Source: an uncultured Clostridia bacterium (lineage in GTDB: Bacteria > Bacillota > Clostridia > Oscillospirales > CAG-272). From it: 64,000 nt of DNA. The notes below the pieces were generated by a model. That model was not told the origin of the DNA and searched no databases. It was given only the letters and a program-made list of their open reading frames with translations. The stretch lies in contig CALYAD010000054.1 of NCBI GenBank assembly GCA_944393415.1, positions 34,989 through 98,988 on the forward strand. The letters are read 5' to 3'. Of this stretch, positions 36,648-45,827 are shown one piece after another. How positions within the stretch are numbered: the first letter of the stretch is position 1; each line of letters begins with the position of its first letter. The translations under genes were made by a program, and so were the position numbers.

Positions 36648-37835
36648 TCAGCCTCCGCCGATCTCCGCCGGCTCCGTTATCTCCGCTATATATATAAAAT
36701 CCGCCTGCGCCGTGATGCCGTCCCCGGTATCGAGGTAAGTTATTTTCAAGCGCACAAGCTCCGAATCCTCCGATATTCCCGCGATCTCCCGGTATATTCT
36801 CCGCTCCGCCTCGGCTCTTGCCTCGTCCGGCGTTCGGTGCCGCGTCTCCGTTTTCTCTGAGACTGAATAATATTCCCTCACCGTTATCGGAAGCTCTATC
36901 GCTCCGAACACGGTAACATTGCGTTCTCCGGATGTGTCGGCGTCCTCGGTTTTCCCGAAATCGAAATCAATCCCGAATACAGATATCGTCCTTCCGCAGC
37001 GTTCTCCTCTCGTCTCCGAGCGCGTTACCTCGTCAAACGGCACCGTCGCCTCAGCCTTTCCGCTCACCTCGGCCTTGACCGAGCCCCTGGCGTTTCCAAA
37101 ACGCAGAAGAGGATCGTCGGTTATCTGAAGTCCGCTTCCGGAAATCAGACCGGTTATCAGTACGTCGCCCTTTCTGACCACGCTGCCCTCTTTGATCACC
37201 GCGCTGCCCTCATATACAAGAACGCTCCTGACGACCCCGTCCGATTTTGCCACAAGAAGACCGCACGCACTCTCGTCCGGCTCGGGTCGTTCGGAGGTCT
37301 CCTTAACTGTCAGAGAAACCGTCGTTCCTTTAAAATTAAGCGCAGCCCACGAAAGCTCCGGATGCTTAGCCAAAAACTCGTTCCTCACAGAGCTCCTGTC
37401 TATCCCGGACAGCAGCCTGCCCGGATAAACACCCATTTCCTTAAGCTCCGTTCTCATCTGCTCCCTTGAAAGCAGCTCCGTACCCTCCACCTCTACCTTC
37501 CATACAAAAAGCGTCGACATCCAAAGAATGACCGCGAAAGCGAAGGCGCCGAGCATGAGTCCGTAGCGTGTACCGTATCTTGACATGAGCCTCTTAAAAC
37601 CATATATATTTATAATATATACTATTATTCCCGATTTGTCAAGAGCGGGCGCGACTTTTTTTAAGGTTTTGGGCGAAAGCTCCGTAAAGACACCGCCCTT
37701 TTCCCGATCGGGTGTGAATTCGGCGTTTATCCCCTCAGACACCAAATAGCTTATAAGCGCGTCCCTGCTTTCCGGTCCCGCGTATATCCTGACGCTTCCC
37801 GTAAAGAATTTCACGATCCTTCCGAATCCCGACAT
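36648..37835 (-). CDS. yqfD: Sporulation protein YqfD
   Basis: 395 aa with one central TM segment, YqfD-like sequence and the conserved yqfC-yqfD-phoH-ybeY order. Confidence 0.85.
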   Translation of the reverse strand: MSGFGRIVKFFTGSVRIYAGPESRDALISYLVSEGINAEFTPDREKGGVFTELSPKTLKKVAPALDKSGIIVYIINIYGFKRLMSRYGTRYGLMLGAFAFAVILWMSTLFVWKVEVEGTELLSREQMRTELKEMGVYPGRLLSGIDRSSVRNEFLAKHPELSWAALNFKGTTVSLTVKETSERPEPDESACGLLVAKSDGVVRSVLVYEGSAVIKEGSVVRKGDVLITGLISGSGLQITDDPLLRFGNARGSVKAEVSGKAEATVPFDEVTRSETRGERCGRTISVFGIDFDFGKTEDADTSGERNVTVFGAIELPITVREYYSVSEKTETRHRTPDEARAEAERRIYREIAGISEDSELVRLKITYLDTGDGITAQADFIYIAEITEPAEIGGG

Positions 37836-37892
37836 AACCTTTCCTAGTTCCTTTCCAAGTGAAATATATCTTTTCCCGCTTTGCCGGAGCCT

Positions 37893-38165
37893 CTATTTAC
37901 AGGAGTATCCGACAAATCTTATGCTTTCGATCTTACCCGAAAGCTTGATTTCATTACCAAAATATGTGGAGACGGTAAGACCGCCGCCGTAAATCTCTAT
38001 CACCCCGTCGCAGTTGCAGAGCTTTATCATATCCGGAGTGTATTCAATCACCTTTGTACATTCACACAAGGTTATCTCACGGTTGGAAACGATAAAGGCG
38101 CTGCTCTGTTTTATCCTGCCCCGGTGCGCATAAGGCTCACCTACAGGCTTTTTTCTCTTTTCCAT
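37893..38165 (-). CDS. yqfC: YabP/YqfC-family sporulation protein
   Basis: The C-terminal part matches YqfC (ITLCECTKVIEYTPDMI...GKIESIRF). Start trimmed to MEKRKK after GGTGAG; the longer ORF would overlap the divergent gene. Confidence 0.75.
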   Translation of the reverse strand: MEKRKKPVGEPYAHRGRIKQSSAFIVSNREITLCECTKVIEYTPDMIKLCNCDGVIEIYGGGLTVSTYFGNEIKLSGKIESIRFVGYSCK

Positions 38166-38256
38166 GAATATTTTCTCACCTGTCACATAAGTTTTTATAG
38201 AATACCCGAAATATGGGGCATGATCCCCCCAAAATACTATATGCGAGGCTTTTGAT

Positions 38257-39279
38257 TTGAATACATATATTTGTGACATTTCGTCAAAAAAATCCCGCGT
38301 TAAAAGCGTTAACGGAGCTAACGCGGCGTTTATTATACTTACGACGGCTTTCTGCGTCTATCTTCTTCTTCACCCGCATATATCCCCTGCTTCGGTGCGG
38401 GAGTCTCTGACGTTCTGCGCCACCACGCTTATCCCATCGCTTTTCCCTATGATGGTGGCGGGAGAGATACTGATACTTTCAGGCTTCGGAGATATATGCG
38501 CAAAAAGCGTGGGCAGAGCGTTTTCCCGTATTTTCGGCGTACACGGAGAAGGCGCGGCGGCATTTGCGCTGGGCTGCGTATGCGGCTATCCGGTGGGCGG
38601 AAAAACCGCTCTGTCTCTCTACGGTGATGGGAAACTGGACAGGGATGAATGTGAATTTCTCTGCGCGCTCAGCAATAACGCGGGACCGGGCTTCGTCGTC
38701 GCCGGCATCGGAGCGGCTATCTGGGGAAACACCGGCTTCGGAGCAGCGCTTTATCTCACCGAGCTGATCTCGGCATTTATCGCGGGGATACTTTTAAGAC
38801 CCTTGTTCATCAAGCCTACGGTCTTGCCGCATAAGGCAGGCTCAACAGAGCAAAGAAAAGTGAAGGCGCGTAAATTTTCGGAGATTTTTTCCGTATCAGT
38901 CGCCTCCGGGGTAACGTCAATACTCAAGGTCTGCGGATTTGTGGTAATATTTGAAATACTTCTTACAGGATTCTTTTCCATGCTGCCGGATTTTCCCGGA
39001 AAACAGCTGTTCACGGTCGTGGCTTCCTCTATAGCCGAAATAACCTCAGGCGCCGCGTCTTCCGGCAATTACGCGCTTTCGGGGACAAATACAGCGGTAA
39101 TATTCGGCAAGCTTATGACATTCGCTCTTGTTGGCTGGGGAGGTCTTTCAGCCCACATGCAGCTTAACGCCTTCGCGTCGGAAAAAGGCATGGTGTTAAA
39201 AAAATATTATGTCTTTAAGGCATTGGTCGCCGCTTTATGCGTCCTTATAGGCGCCGCTTACATAGCGCTATCCTCGTGA
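38257..39279 (+). CDS. YlbJ-like sporulation integral membrane protein (nucleoside-recognition/Gate domain)
   Basis: Polytopic protein with LIPSLFPMM and GYPVGGK motifs typical of YlbJ. TTG start after GAGG; the start is uncertain. Confidence 0.6.
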   Translation: MNTYICDISSKKSRVKSVNGANAAFIILTTAFCVYLLLHPHISPASVRESLTFCATTLIPSLFPMMVAGEILILSGFGDICAKSVGRAFSRIFGVHGEGAAAFALGCVCGYPVGGKTALSLYGDGKLDRDECEFLCALSNNAGPGFVVAGIGAAIWGNTGFGAALYLTELISAFIAGILLRPLFIKPTVLPHKAGSTEQRKVKARKFSEIFSVSVASGVTSILKVCGFVVIFEILLTGFFSMLPDFPGKQLFTVVASSIAEITSGAASSGNYALSGTNTAVIFGKLMTFALVGWGGLSAHMQLNAFASEKGMVLKKYYVFKALVAALCVLIGAAYIALSS

Positions 39280-39374
39280 AAGCGCTGTCAATTCCGTGCC
39301 TACGCGCATATATTGTAAATAGACCGCCTCTCAAATGTCCGCGGTCAAAAAACAAAGGAAGGAAAACAGCGGAA

Positions 39375-39599
39375 ATGAATACCGAGATAACAATCGTGCT
39401 CCGTTCTGTGACCTATGCCGAAAAGAGCAAAAAGCTTCTTAACTCAGAGGGTATAAAGTCACGGATAGTCAAGCCGTCTCCATCTGTGACGGGCAAGGGG
39501 TGCGGATACGGTATCGCAGTTGCGGCGCCGCACGCCGACGCGGCGGTCGGTATACTTAAAAACAACCGTATACCTATAGTGAAGCTTACCCGCGTGTAA
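39375..39599 (+). CDS. DUF3343-type small protein (putative S/Se carrier-like)
   Basis: 74 aa, MNTEITIVLRSVTYAEKSKKLL...GCGYGI. AAGGAAGG SD. It is adjacent to a cysteine desulfurase, as is typical for this family. Confidence 0.7.
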   Translation: MNTEITIVLRSVTYAEKSKKLLNSEGIKSRIVKPSPSVTGKGCGYGIAVAAPHADAAVGILKNNRIPIVKLTRV

Positions 39600-39630
39600 A
39601 AACGGTTTACGGCTCCGCAGCCTTAAGCCT

Positions 39631-40782
39631 ATGGAAAAGATAATATATTTCGACAATGCCGCGACTACCTTTCCGAAGCCCGCGGAGGTCATTTCGGAAG
39701 TTACCTCCGTTATGCGTTACCGCTGCGGAAACCCCGGCAGATCCTCGCACAAAATAGCGCTCGCCGCCTCCGACGTTATATATGAGTGCCGGGAAAAGCT
39801 CGCCGGAATGTTCGGAGGTAAGCCGGAAAATCTTATTTTTACCCAAAACGCCACCCATGCGCTGAACATGGGCATAAAAACGGCGCTCCACCGCGGCGAT
39901 CACGTTCTGATATCCGATACGGAGCATAATTCCGTGATAAGGCCCGTGGCAACACTCGCGCAAAGAGGACTTATCACCTATGATATATATACCGCCTTTG
40001 AGGACGGCGAACAGCAGCTAAGGGAGATCAGGTCAAAGCTTCGCCCCAAGACATCGATGGTCTGCGCGTGTCACCACTCAAACATCTGTAATTTTATTCT
40101 TCCTATCCGCGATATCGGGGCTTTCTGCCGAAGAAAGGGAATAATGTTTCTGGTCGACGCCTCACAGAGTGCCGGAACTCTCCCGATAAATATGGAAAAG
40201 GATAATATAGATCTGCTCTGCGCACCGGGGCACAAAGGACTATACGGTCCTCCCGGCACCGGTTTTGTGATTTACGGAAGCCGTTTTGACGATCCGGAAA
40301 ACCTCCCCGACACCTTCACGGAAGGAGGAAACGGGATCCGCTCGACCGAGCGGAGCATGCCGGATTTCCTGCCTGAACGCCTTGAGGCCGGAACTCTCGC
40401 GGTACCGGCAATAGCCGGACTTTCCAAAGGAGCCGATTTTATACTCAGCTTCCCGCAGAGCAAGCTGTATCAGCAGGAATGCGACTTATGCGCGCGGATG
40501 CGGTCGGAGCTGAAAACGCTTGATCGGATATGTATCCACGGAAGCGGCGACGGTTCGATATTGCTTTTCTCCGTTTCCGGGTGTGATTCGGAGGTGTTTG
40601 CCTCAGCTCTCGATGAGTACGGAATATGTGTACGAGCCGGTCTTCATTGCTCCCCGCTCGCACACCGTAAGCTCGGCACACCGCCGGACGGCGCGATCCG
40701 GGTCAGCTTTGGCGCCTTTAATACCGAAGCGCAGGTAAACACCTTCTGCAGTATAACGGAAAAGCTCCTGAAAACGCTGTAG
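39631..40782 (+). CDS. Class-V aminotransferase / cysteine desulfurase family protein
   Basis: 383 aa with the PLP-lysine context GHKGLYGPPGTG and the C-terminal GLHCSPLAH. Confidence 0.88.
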   Translation: MEKIIYFDNAATTFPKPAEVISEVTSVMRYRCGNPGRSSHKIALAASDVIYECREKLAGMFGGKPENLIFTQNATHALNMGIKTALHRGDHVLISDTEHNSVIRPVATLAQRGLITYDIYTAFEDGEQQLREIRSKLRPKTSMVCACHHSNICNFILPIRDIGAFCRRKGIMFLVDASQSAGTLPINMEKDNIDLLCAPGHKGLYGPPGTGFVIYGSRFDDPENLPDTFTEGGNGIRSTERSMPDFLPERLEAGTLAVPAIAGLSKGADFILSFPQSKLYQQECDLCARMRSELKTLDRICIHGSGDGSILLFSVSGCDSEVFASALDEYGICVRAGLHCSPLAHRKLGTPPDGAIRVSFGAFNTEAQVNTFCSITEKLLKTL

Positions 40783-40832
40783 TACGGGTCGCCACGCGTT
40801 TGCTCTTGTTAAAAAAGGCCGAGTAAAAATCT

Positions 40833-40863
40833 AAGGGGGAACTTTTTGAAAAAGTTCCCCCTT
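40833..40863. repeat. Perfect hairpin AAGGGGGAACTTTTTGAAAAAGTTCCCCCTT (likely terminator of the desulfurase gene)
   Basis: Perfect inverted repeat followed by TGTCTTTT. Confidence 0.8.
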
Positions 40864-40950
40864 TGTCTTTTCCGTAAGATCCTCCTAAATCCGAAAAAGA
40901 GAATTATAAATGCCCCGCTTACTCTGATCCAAAGAAGTTCTTGAAGGATT

Positions 40951-40982
40951 TTAAGGGAACTTCTTTCAAGAAGTTCCCTTAA
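40951..40982. repeat. Perfect hairpin TTAAGGGAACTTCTT-TC-AAGAAGTTCCCTTAA directly after the rplS stop
   Basis: Perfect 15-2-15 inverted repeat. The core is changed to CTTCTTTCAAGAAG, with both arms changed together. Confidence 0.8.
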
Positions 40983-40990
40983 GCTATAGC

Positions 40991-41332
40991 TCAGATAAGC
41001 TCTTTAACCTTTGAGCTCTTTCCGACTCTGCCGCGGATATAGTAAAGCTTCGCGCGCCTTACCTTACCCTTTCTGACAACCTCAACAGCCGCGATGTTCG
41101 GCGAATGGATCGGGAATATCTTCTCGACACCGACGCCGTATGATATCTTTCTGACGGTAAAGGTCTCGGAGATGCCTCCGCCCTTTCTCGCTATAACGGT
41201 ACCCTCGAAGATCTGAATCCTCTCGTTTGTTCCGTCCTTGATCCTGCAGTGGACCTTCACGGTGTCACCGATATTTACGTTGACAGCCGTGTCTTTAATC
41301 TGCTCATTTGTTAAAGCCGCGATCAAATCCAT
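40991..41332 (-). CDS. rplS: 50S ribosomal protein L19
   Basis: 113 aa with full-length L19 similarity. AAGGAGGAAG SD. Confidence 0.97.
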   Translation of the reverse strand: MDLIAALTNEQIKDTAVNVNIGDTVKVHCRIKDGTNERIQIFEGTVIARKGGGISETFTVRKISYGVGVEKIFPIHSPNIAAVEVVRKGKVRRAKLYYIRGRVGKSSKVKELI

Positions 41333-41400
41333 TTCTGGCTTCCTCCTTAAAACAGGACGTTCATGCAGAGCCTCGCAGAGGACCGTCCCGAAAATATAAC
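41333..41400 (-). promoter_or_regulatory. Structured rplS leader (possible L19-leader-type attenuator)
   Basis: The minus strand has a GGACG...CGTCC stem enclosing a CCTC/GAGG hairpin, followed by TGTTTT immediately before the SD. Assignment to the known L19 leader family is not verified. Confidence 0.35.
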
Positions 41401-41406
41401 GAAAGT

Positions 41407-41435
41407 ATTATATCATATATTTCTCTGTTTTGCAA
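41407..41435 (-). promoter_or_regulatory. Sigma-A type promoter of rplS
   Basis: The minus strand reads TTGCAA, 17 nt, TATAAT. Confidence 0.65.
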
Positions 41436-41470
41436 GATGTTTTTAAAAAATTTACAATTCAATAATGGTC

Positions 41471-41571
41471 GAAGCCCCCGCCTTCAACTTTTTCACCGGG
41501 GATTGTATCTCACACTGAAAAAATCAAGTGTCGCCCACCGCCTAATAGAGGGGATATCTTGATTTAGTTAT
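41471..41571. repeat. Mosaic intergenic repeat copy
   Basis: GATTGTATC.CACACTGAAAAAATCAAG...CGCCTAATAGAGGGGATATCTTGATTTAGTTAT aligns to 20652-20732. Confidence 0.75.
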
Positions 41572-41684
41572 ATTTTCGCACCGAACGCCCGGGAAATTAT
41601 CCTGCGTTTGAAATTTTAAAAAACGAAGCTGTTTCATTATATAGTATAAAATATAGAATTAATGTTAATAATTGATAAAAGCCC

Positions 41685-41713
41685 TTGCGCGCGCCAAAAA
41701 AATATGGTATTAT
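41685..41713 (+). promoter_or_regulatory. Sigma-A type promoter of the apgM-type gene
   Basis: TTGCGC, 17 nt, TATTAT, preceded by TGG (extended -10). Confidence 0.5.
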
Positions 41714-41839
41714 ATCAGTATTAGCATCAGCAGAAATCCGCAGGCGCGCCGCCCGCGTTCCGTATCCGGAAACGCTCCGCGTGTCAGTTGTCGGGCGCCG
41801 CGGGCGCTTATGCGTAAAGAAAGGAACGGACATAAATTT

Positions 41840-43042
41840 ATGAAATATCTCGTTTTGCTGTGCGACGGAGCAGCCGATTACCCGATCAGGGAGCTTAACG
41901 GCAAAACCCCGCTTTCAGCGGCAGATAAACCCACTATGGATATGCTCGCATCAAAATCTCTTGCCGGGACTGTCTCAAACGTTCCCGAAGGAATGGTACC
42001 GGAGTCAGATACCGCCAATTTGGCCGTGCTCTCATACGACCCGAGGAAATATTCCAAGGGCCGCTCCCCGCTTGAAGCGATGTCGCTTGGGCTTGAGATG
42101 TCGCCGGAGGATACCGCGTACCGCTGCAACGTCGTAACAATAGAAAACCCCGGGGATACCGAAGTCCCTTACGAGGACAAGATCATGGCAGACCACAGCG
42201 CCGACGAAATAACGACCGAGGAGGCAGACAAGCTTATAAAGTCGCTGCAGTCTGAGCTCGGAGACGACGCAAAGCATTTTTACACCGGAGTAAGCTACCG
42301 TCATTGTCTTATCTGGAAAAACGCCCCGGACTTTAACGCTTTCATGCGTCCCCATGATATTCTCGGTCAGTCCGTAAAAAATTATCTGCCTCCCGAGCCG
42401 TTCCTTTCCCTGCAGAAAAGGAGCTACGAGATACTGAAGGATCATCCGGTAAACCTTGATCGGCTAAGACGCGGTCTGCGTCCCGCGAATTCGGCGTGGT
42501 TCTGGTCTCCGGGCAAAAAGCCCGCTCTGCCCTCCTTTAAGGAAAAATGGGGACTTAACGCCTCTGTTATTTCCGCCGTTGACCTGATTAAGGGAATCGC
42601 CATATGCGCCAATATGAAAACGGTAAACGTTGAAAATGCCACCGGAAACGTAAATACAAACTACAAAGGTAAGGGCGAGGCGGCAATAAATGAGTTCAGG
42701 CTCGGTCAGGACCTTGTATACATTCACGTGGAAGCCCCTGACGAGTGCGGACACAGAGCGGAGCTTGACAATAAGATCCTCTCAATAGAAAAGATAGACG
42801 CCGAGATACTCCGTCCGGTCTACGACTATCTTATTTCCACAGGCGAGGATTTCAGAATCATGGTGCTTCCGGATCATCCGACCCCGATCTGCAAAAGAAC
42901 GCATACTATGGACCCCGTGCCCTTTATTATATACCGCCATACCGTTAAGGAACCGGGCATACCGGTATTTGATGAGGAAAACGCGACAGGAACCGGAATA
43001 TATCTCCCCAAGGGCGAGCTTTTGATGGAATTATTTATCTGA
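41840..43042 (+). CDS. Cofactor-independent phosphoglycerate mutase family protein (ApgM-type; the family also contains the 'proposed homoserine kinase' clade)
   Basis: MKYLVLLCDGAADYPIRELNGKTPL...EAPDECGH. Start set at ATG 41840 after AAGAAAGGAAC. The tracked ORF start lies in the leader. Confidence 0.8.
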   Translation: MKYLVLLCDGAADYPIRELNGKTPLSAADKPTMDMLASKSLAGTVSNVPEGMVPESDTANLAVLSYDPRKYSKGRSPLEAMSLGLEMSPEDTAYRCNVVTIENPGDTEVPYEDKIMADHSADEITTEEADKLIKSLQSELGDDAKHFYTGVSYRHCLIWKNAPDFNAFMRPHDILGQSVKNYLPPEPFLSLQKRSYEILKDHPVNLDRLRRGLRPANSAWFWSPGKKPALPSFKEKWGLNASVISAVDLIKGIAICANMKTVNVENATGNVNTNYKGKGEAAINEFRLGQDLVYIHVEAPDECGHRAELDNKILSIEKIDAEILRPVYDYLISTGEDFRIMVLPDHPTPICKRTHTMDPVPFIIYRHTVKEPGIPVFDEENATGTGIYLPKGELLMELFI

Positions 43043-43081
43043 CGGAGAAAACGCATTTTTCGGACTGAAAGGATCACTGCC

Positions 43082-43651
43082 ATGGACGAAAACACAAACC
43101 TCACAGAGAAAAAACGCGACCTGTTCAGCCGGGTGTTTGAATGGGCGGAGCTGTTCGCTTTATACTTCGCTATAGGTATGATAATTATACTCGCCTGCTT
43201 CCGTCACAGTCCCGTGGAGGGATCGTCAATGTATCCCACCCTGAACGAAAACGACGTTCTGATCGTATCGAGACTGTATTTTACTCCGAAATGCGGTGAT
43301 ATCATAATATGCCAGTCTCCGGTATACGGTCTTGAAAGACCGCTGGTAAAACGGGTCATAGCCGTCGCCGGCCAGACTGTCGAGATAGATTATGATAACT
43401 GGACCGTGACAGTGGACGGAACCGTTCTCGACGAATCCTATATCAACCGGGAAAGCGGCCGCGGTATGCTCAGATCCGACTACCTCGAAGACACGTTTAC
43501 AGTACCCCAAGGCTGCGTTTTCGTAATGGGAGACAACAGAAATCATTCAAACGACAGCCGCTTCTCAGAGATAGGAATGATCGACGAGCGATATATACTC
43601 GGCAAGGTCTGCGTAAAAATATACCCTATCGGAGATTTCAGCTTTTTCTGA
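43082..43651 (+). CDS. lepB: Signal peptidase I
   Basis: An N-terminal TM segment, the catalytic Ser context GSSMYPTL, the VKRVIA box and GDNRNHSNDSR. Confidence 0.93.
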   Translation: MDENTNLTEKKRDLFSRVFEWAELFALYFAIGMIIILACFRHSPVEGSSMYPTLNENDVLIVSRLYFTPKCGDIIICQSPVYGLERPLVKRVIAVAGQTVEIDYDNWTVTVDGTVLDESYINRESGRGMLRSDYLEDTFTVPQGCVFVMGDNRNHSNDSRFSEIGMIDERYILGKVCVKIYPIGDFSFF

Positions 43652-43705
43652 TCGTCAGATCAGAGTCAATAAGACTTTTAACTAAGGGAAAGGAGCATGC
43701 AGCAT

Positions 43706-44569
43706 ATGCAGGAAAAACAGATACAATGGTTTCCGGGTCATATGGCCAAGACAAAGCGTCTTATACGCGAAAGCCTTCCGCTTGTGGATATGGTCATAGA
43801 GATTCTTGACGCGCGTATACCCTATTCCTCACAGAATCCCGATATCGGGAAGCTGACCCGGAACAAGCCGCGGCTGATACTGCTCAATAAATCTTCCCTT
43901 GCCGACCCGAACGTAAACGCTCTATGGCGCGACAGCCTGATAAGCAGTGAAACACGCTGTATTTTCACGGATTGCAGCACCGGTTCCGGTCTGAGCGACA
44001 TACTCCCCTCCGTCCGCGAGCTGCTATCCGGGAAGCTGATACGGAACAATAAACGCGGCATGACCGGGCGTACGCTTAAAGCTCTCGTCGTCGGTATCCC
44101 TAACTCCGGGAAAAGCACATTCATAAACCGAATGGCAGGCACATCCAAGGCAAAGACGGAAAACCGTCCGGGGGTGACGAGGGACATGCAGTGGGTACAG
44201 ACCGGACGCGGACTCGACCTGCTCGATACCCCCGGCGTTCTGTGGCCGAAATTCGAGGACAAGACCGTCGGCGAAAATCTCGCGATTACCGGAGCCATCA
44301 AGGATAATATCCTCGATACGGAATATCTGGCAGTGCTGCTGTGCTCAAGACTCCGAGCTATCGCCCCCGCGCTTTTATCCGCGCGTTATAAATTAGCTCC
44401 CGGCGAGCTTTCCGAGGAGCGAACAGATTACGAAATTCTTGAGATTATAGGACGCAAACGGGGATTTCTGATCAGCGGAGGAGAGATAAACACAGAACGT
44501 ACCGCTCTAATGCTGCTTGACGAGTTCAGAAACGCTAAGATCGGAAGAATTTCTCTCGAAAAACCGTGA
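43706..44569 (+). CDS. rbgA: Ribosome biogenesis GTPase YlqF/RbgA
   Basis: IQWFPGHMAK N-terminus with circularly permuted G-motifs (NKSSLAD, GIPNSGKST, DTPG). Start uncertain: ATG 43697 is 1 nt after the SD and ATG 43706 is 10 nt after it. Confidence 0.9.
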   Translation: MQEKQIQWFPGHMAKTKRLIRESLPLVDMVIEILDARIPYSSQNPDIGKLTRNKPRLILLNKSSLADPNVNALWRDSLISSETRCIFTDCSTGSGLSDILPSVRELLSGKLIRNNKRGMTGRTLKALVVGIPNSGKSTFINRMAGTSKAKTENRPGVTRDMQWVQTGRGLDLLDTPGVLWPKFEDKTVGENLAITGAIKDNILDTEYLAVLLCSRLRAIAPALLSARYKLAPGELSEERTDYEILEIIGRKRGFLISGGEINTERTALMLLDEFRNAKIGRISLEKP

Positions 44570-44613
44570 TTTTATAAACTTTTAAATATTTATTTAAGAA
44601 AAGAGCCTTAAAA

Positions 44614-45234
44614 ATGTCCTCAAAAAATCTGTCTCCGCTGACCTGGGACATCGAAAACAAATATTTTGACGAGGGTGTCGCCATCATCTGCGGCACAGAC
44701 GAGGCGGGCAGAGGCCCGCTCTGCGGTCCGGTCACCGCCGGAGCCTGCATACTTCCCCGGGGGCTTGTTATTCCCGGCCTCAACGATTCAAAAAAGCTAT
44801 CGGAAAAAAAGCGCGATCAGTTATACGGGCTCATTACCGAAAACGCCCTGAGCTGGGCGGTGGAATCGGTTTCAAACGAATTAATAGATGAAATAAATAT
44901 CCTGAACGCCGCGCAGCTCGCCATGAGAAGAGCCATAGAAAAACTCACGCCTTCCCCGGAGCTTGCCCTGGTCGACGGTAATATCGCCCGGGATTTCCCC
45001 TGCCGTGCGGTTACAGTCATCAAGGGTGATTCCGTATCTCCGAGCATCGCGGCGGCGTCTATTCTCGCAAAGGTGACACGTGACCGTATCTGCGATGAGC
45101 TCGACTCGCTTTACCCTATGTACGGAATCGCCAAGCACAAGGGTTATCCGACAAAGGAACATATGGACGCGGTAAGAAAATACGGACCTTCGCCGATACA
45201 CAGAAAATCCTTTCTCGGATTTTTAAGCAAATAA
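44614..45234 (+). CDS. rnhB: Ribonuclease HII
   Basis: GTDEAGRGPLCGPV active-site motif. 206 aa. Confidence 0.95.
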   Translation: MSSKNLSPLTWDIENKYFDEGVAIICGTDEAGRGPLCGPVTAGACILPRGLVIPGLNDSKKLSEKKRDQLYGLITENALSWAVESVSNELIDEINILNAAQLAMRRAIEKLTPSPELALVDGNIARDFPCRAVTVIKGDSVSPSIAAASILAKVTRDRICDELDSLYPMYGIAKHKGYPTKEHMDAVRKYGPSPIHRKSFLGFLSK

Positions 45235-45323
45235 AACTTTTACTTCATGATCCGCCAAAGCAAAACGAAAATGCGGTCGTCACGCAAGGCGGGCATTCAA
45301 ATCGCTCTGATAAGGTCTTACAT

Positions 45324-45722
45324 ATGGAAAAAACCTCAGAAAAAAGACGGCGCGTCGGTATAAACGGAGAAAACGCCGCATGCGAATATCTTCTCTCAAA
45401 GGGATATACGATCACGGAACGCAATTTCAGAATCACGGGCGGCGAGATCGACATAGTGGCGCGCGATGGGGCATATACTGTCTTTACAGAGGTAAAATCC
45501 AGAAGCCCGGGACCCTCCAAACGCTTCGGCCGCGCCTCGGACGCGGTCAACTACAAAAAACGTCTGCGTTTTGTCACCGCTGTCAAGGCATATCAAAAAA
45601 TGCACCCGGAAGCAATGAAATGCCGCATCGACGTTATAGAGGTCTACTTTCCGAGGGAAATAGACGTCTCGCGCGCCGAGATAAGGCATATAAAAAGCGC
45701 GTTTGGGGATATAAAGCCTTAA
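45324..45722 (+). CDS. YraN-family (UPF0102) endonuclease-like protein
   Basis: GENAACEYLLSKGYTITERNFR...GEIDIVA...FTEVK pattern, in the conserved position after rnhB. Confidence 0.88.
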   Translation: MEKTSEKRRRVGINGENAACEYLLSKGYTITERNFRITGGEIDIVARDGAYTVFTEVKSRSPGPSKRFGRASDAVNYKKRLRFVTAVKAYQKMHPEAMKCRIDVIEVYFPREIDVSRAEIRHIKSAFGDIKP

Positions 45723-45827
45723 CCCTTCTATCGGCAAAGCCTCTGAATCTCAGAAAGGGCACGGAGCTCTCGCCAATTACCCTTAAGCCCCCGACGGCGT
45801 AAGCTCCTAAAGCAGGCATACTGAAAA

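Noticed and set aside
38165-38279. Apparent 23-nt overlap of the divergent yqfC and ylbJ-like ORFs
   Set aside because: It is an artefact of taking the longest ORF. The YqfC-homologous part starts at ATG 38165 with its own SD, which leaves a normal 91-nt divergent promoter region.
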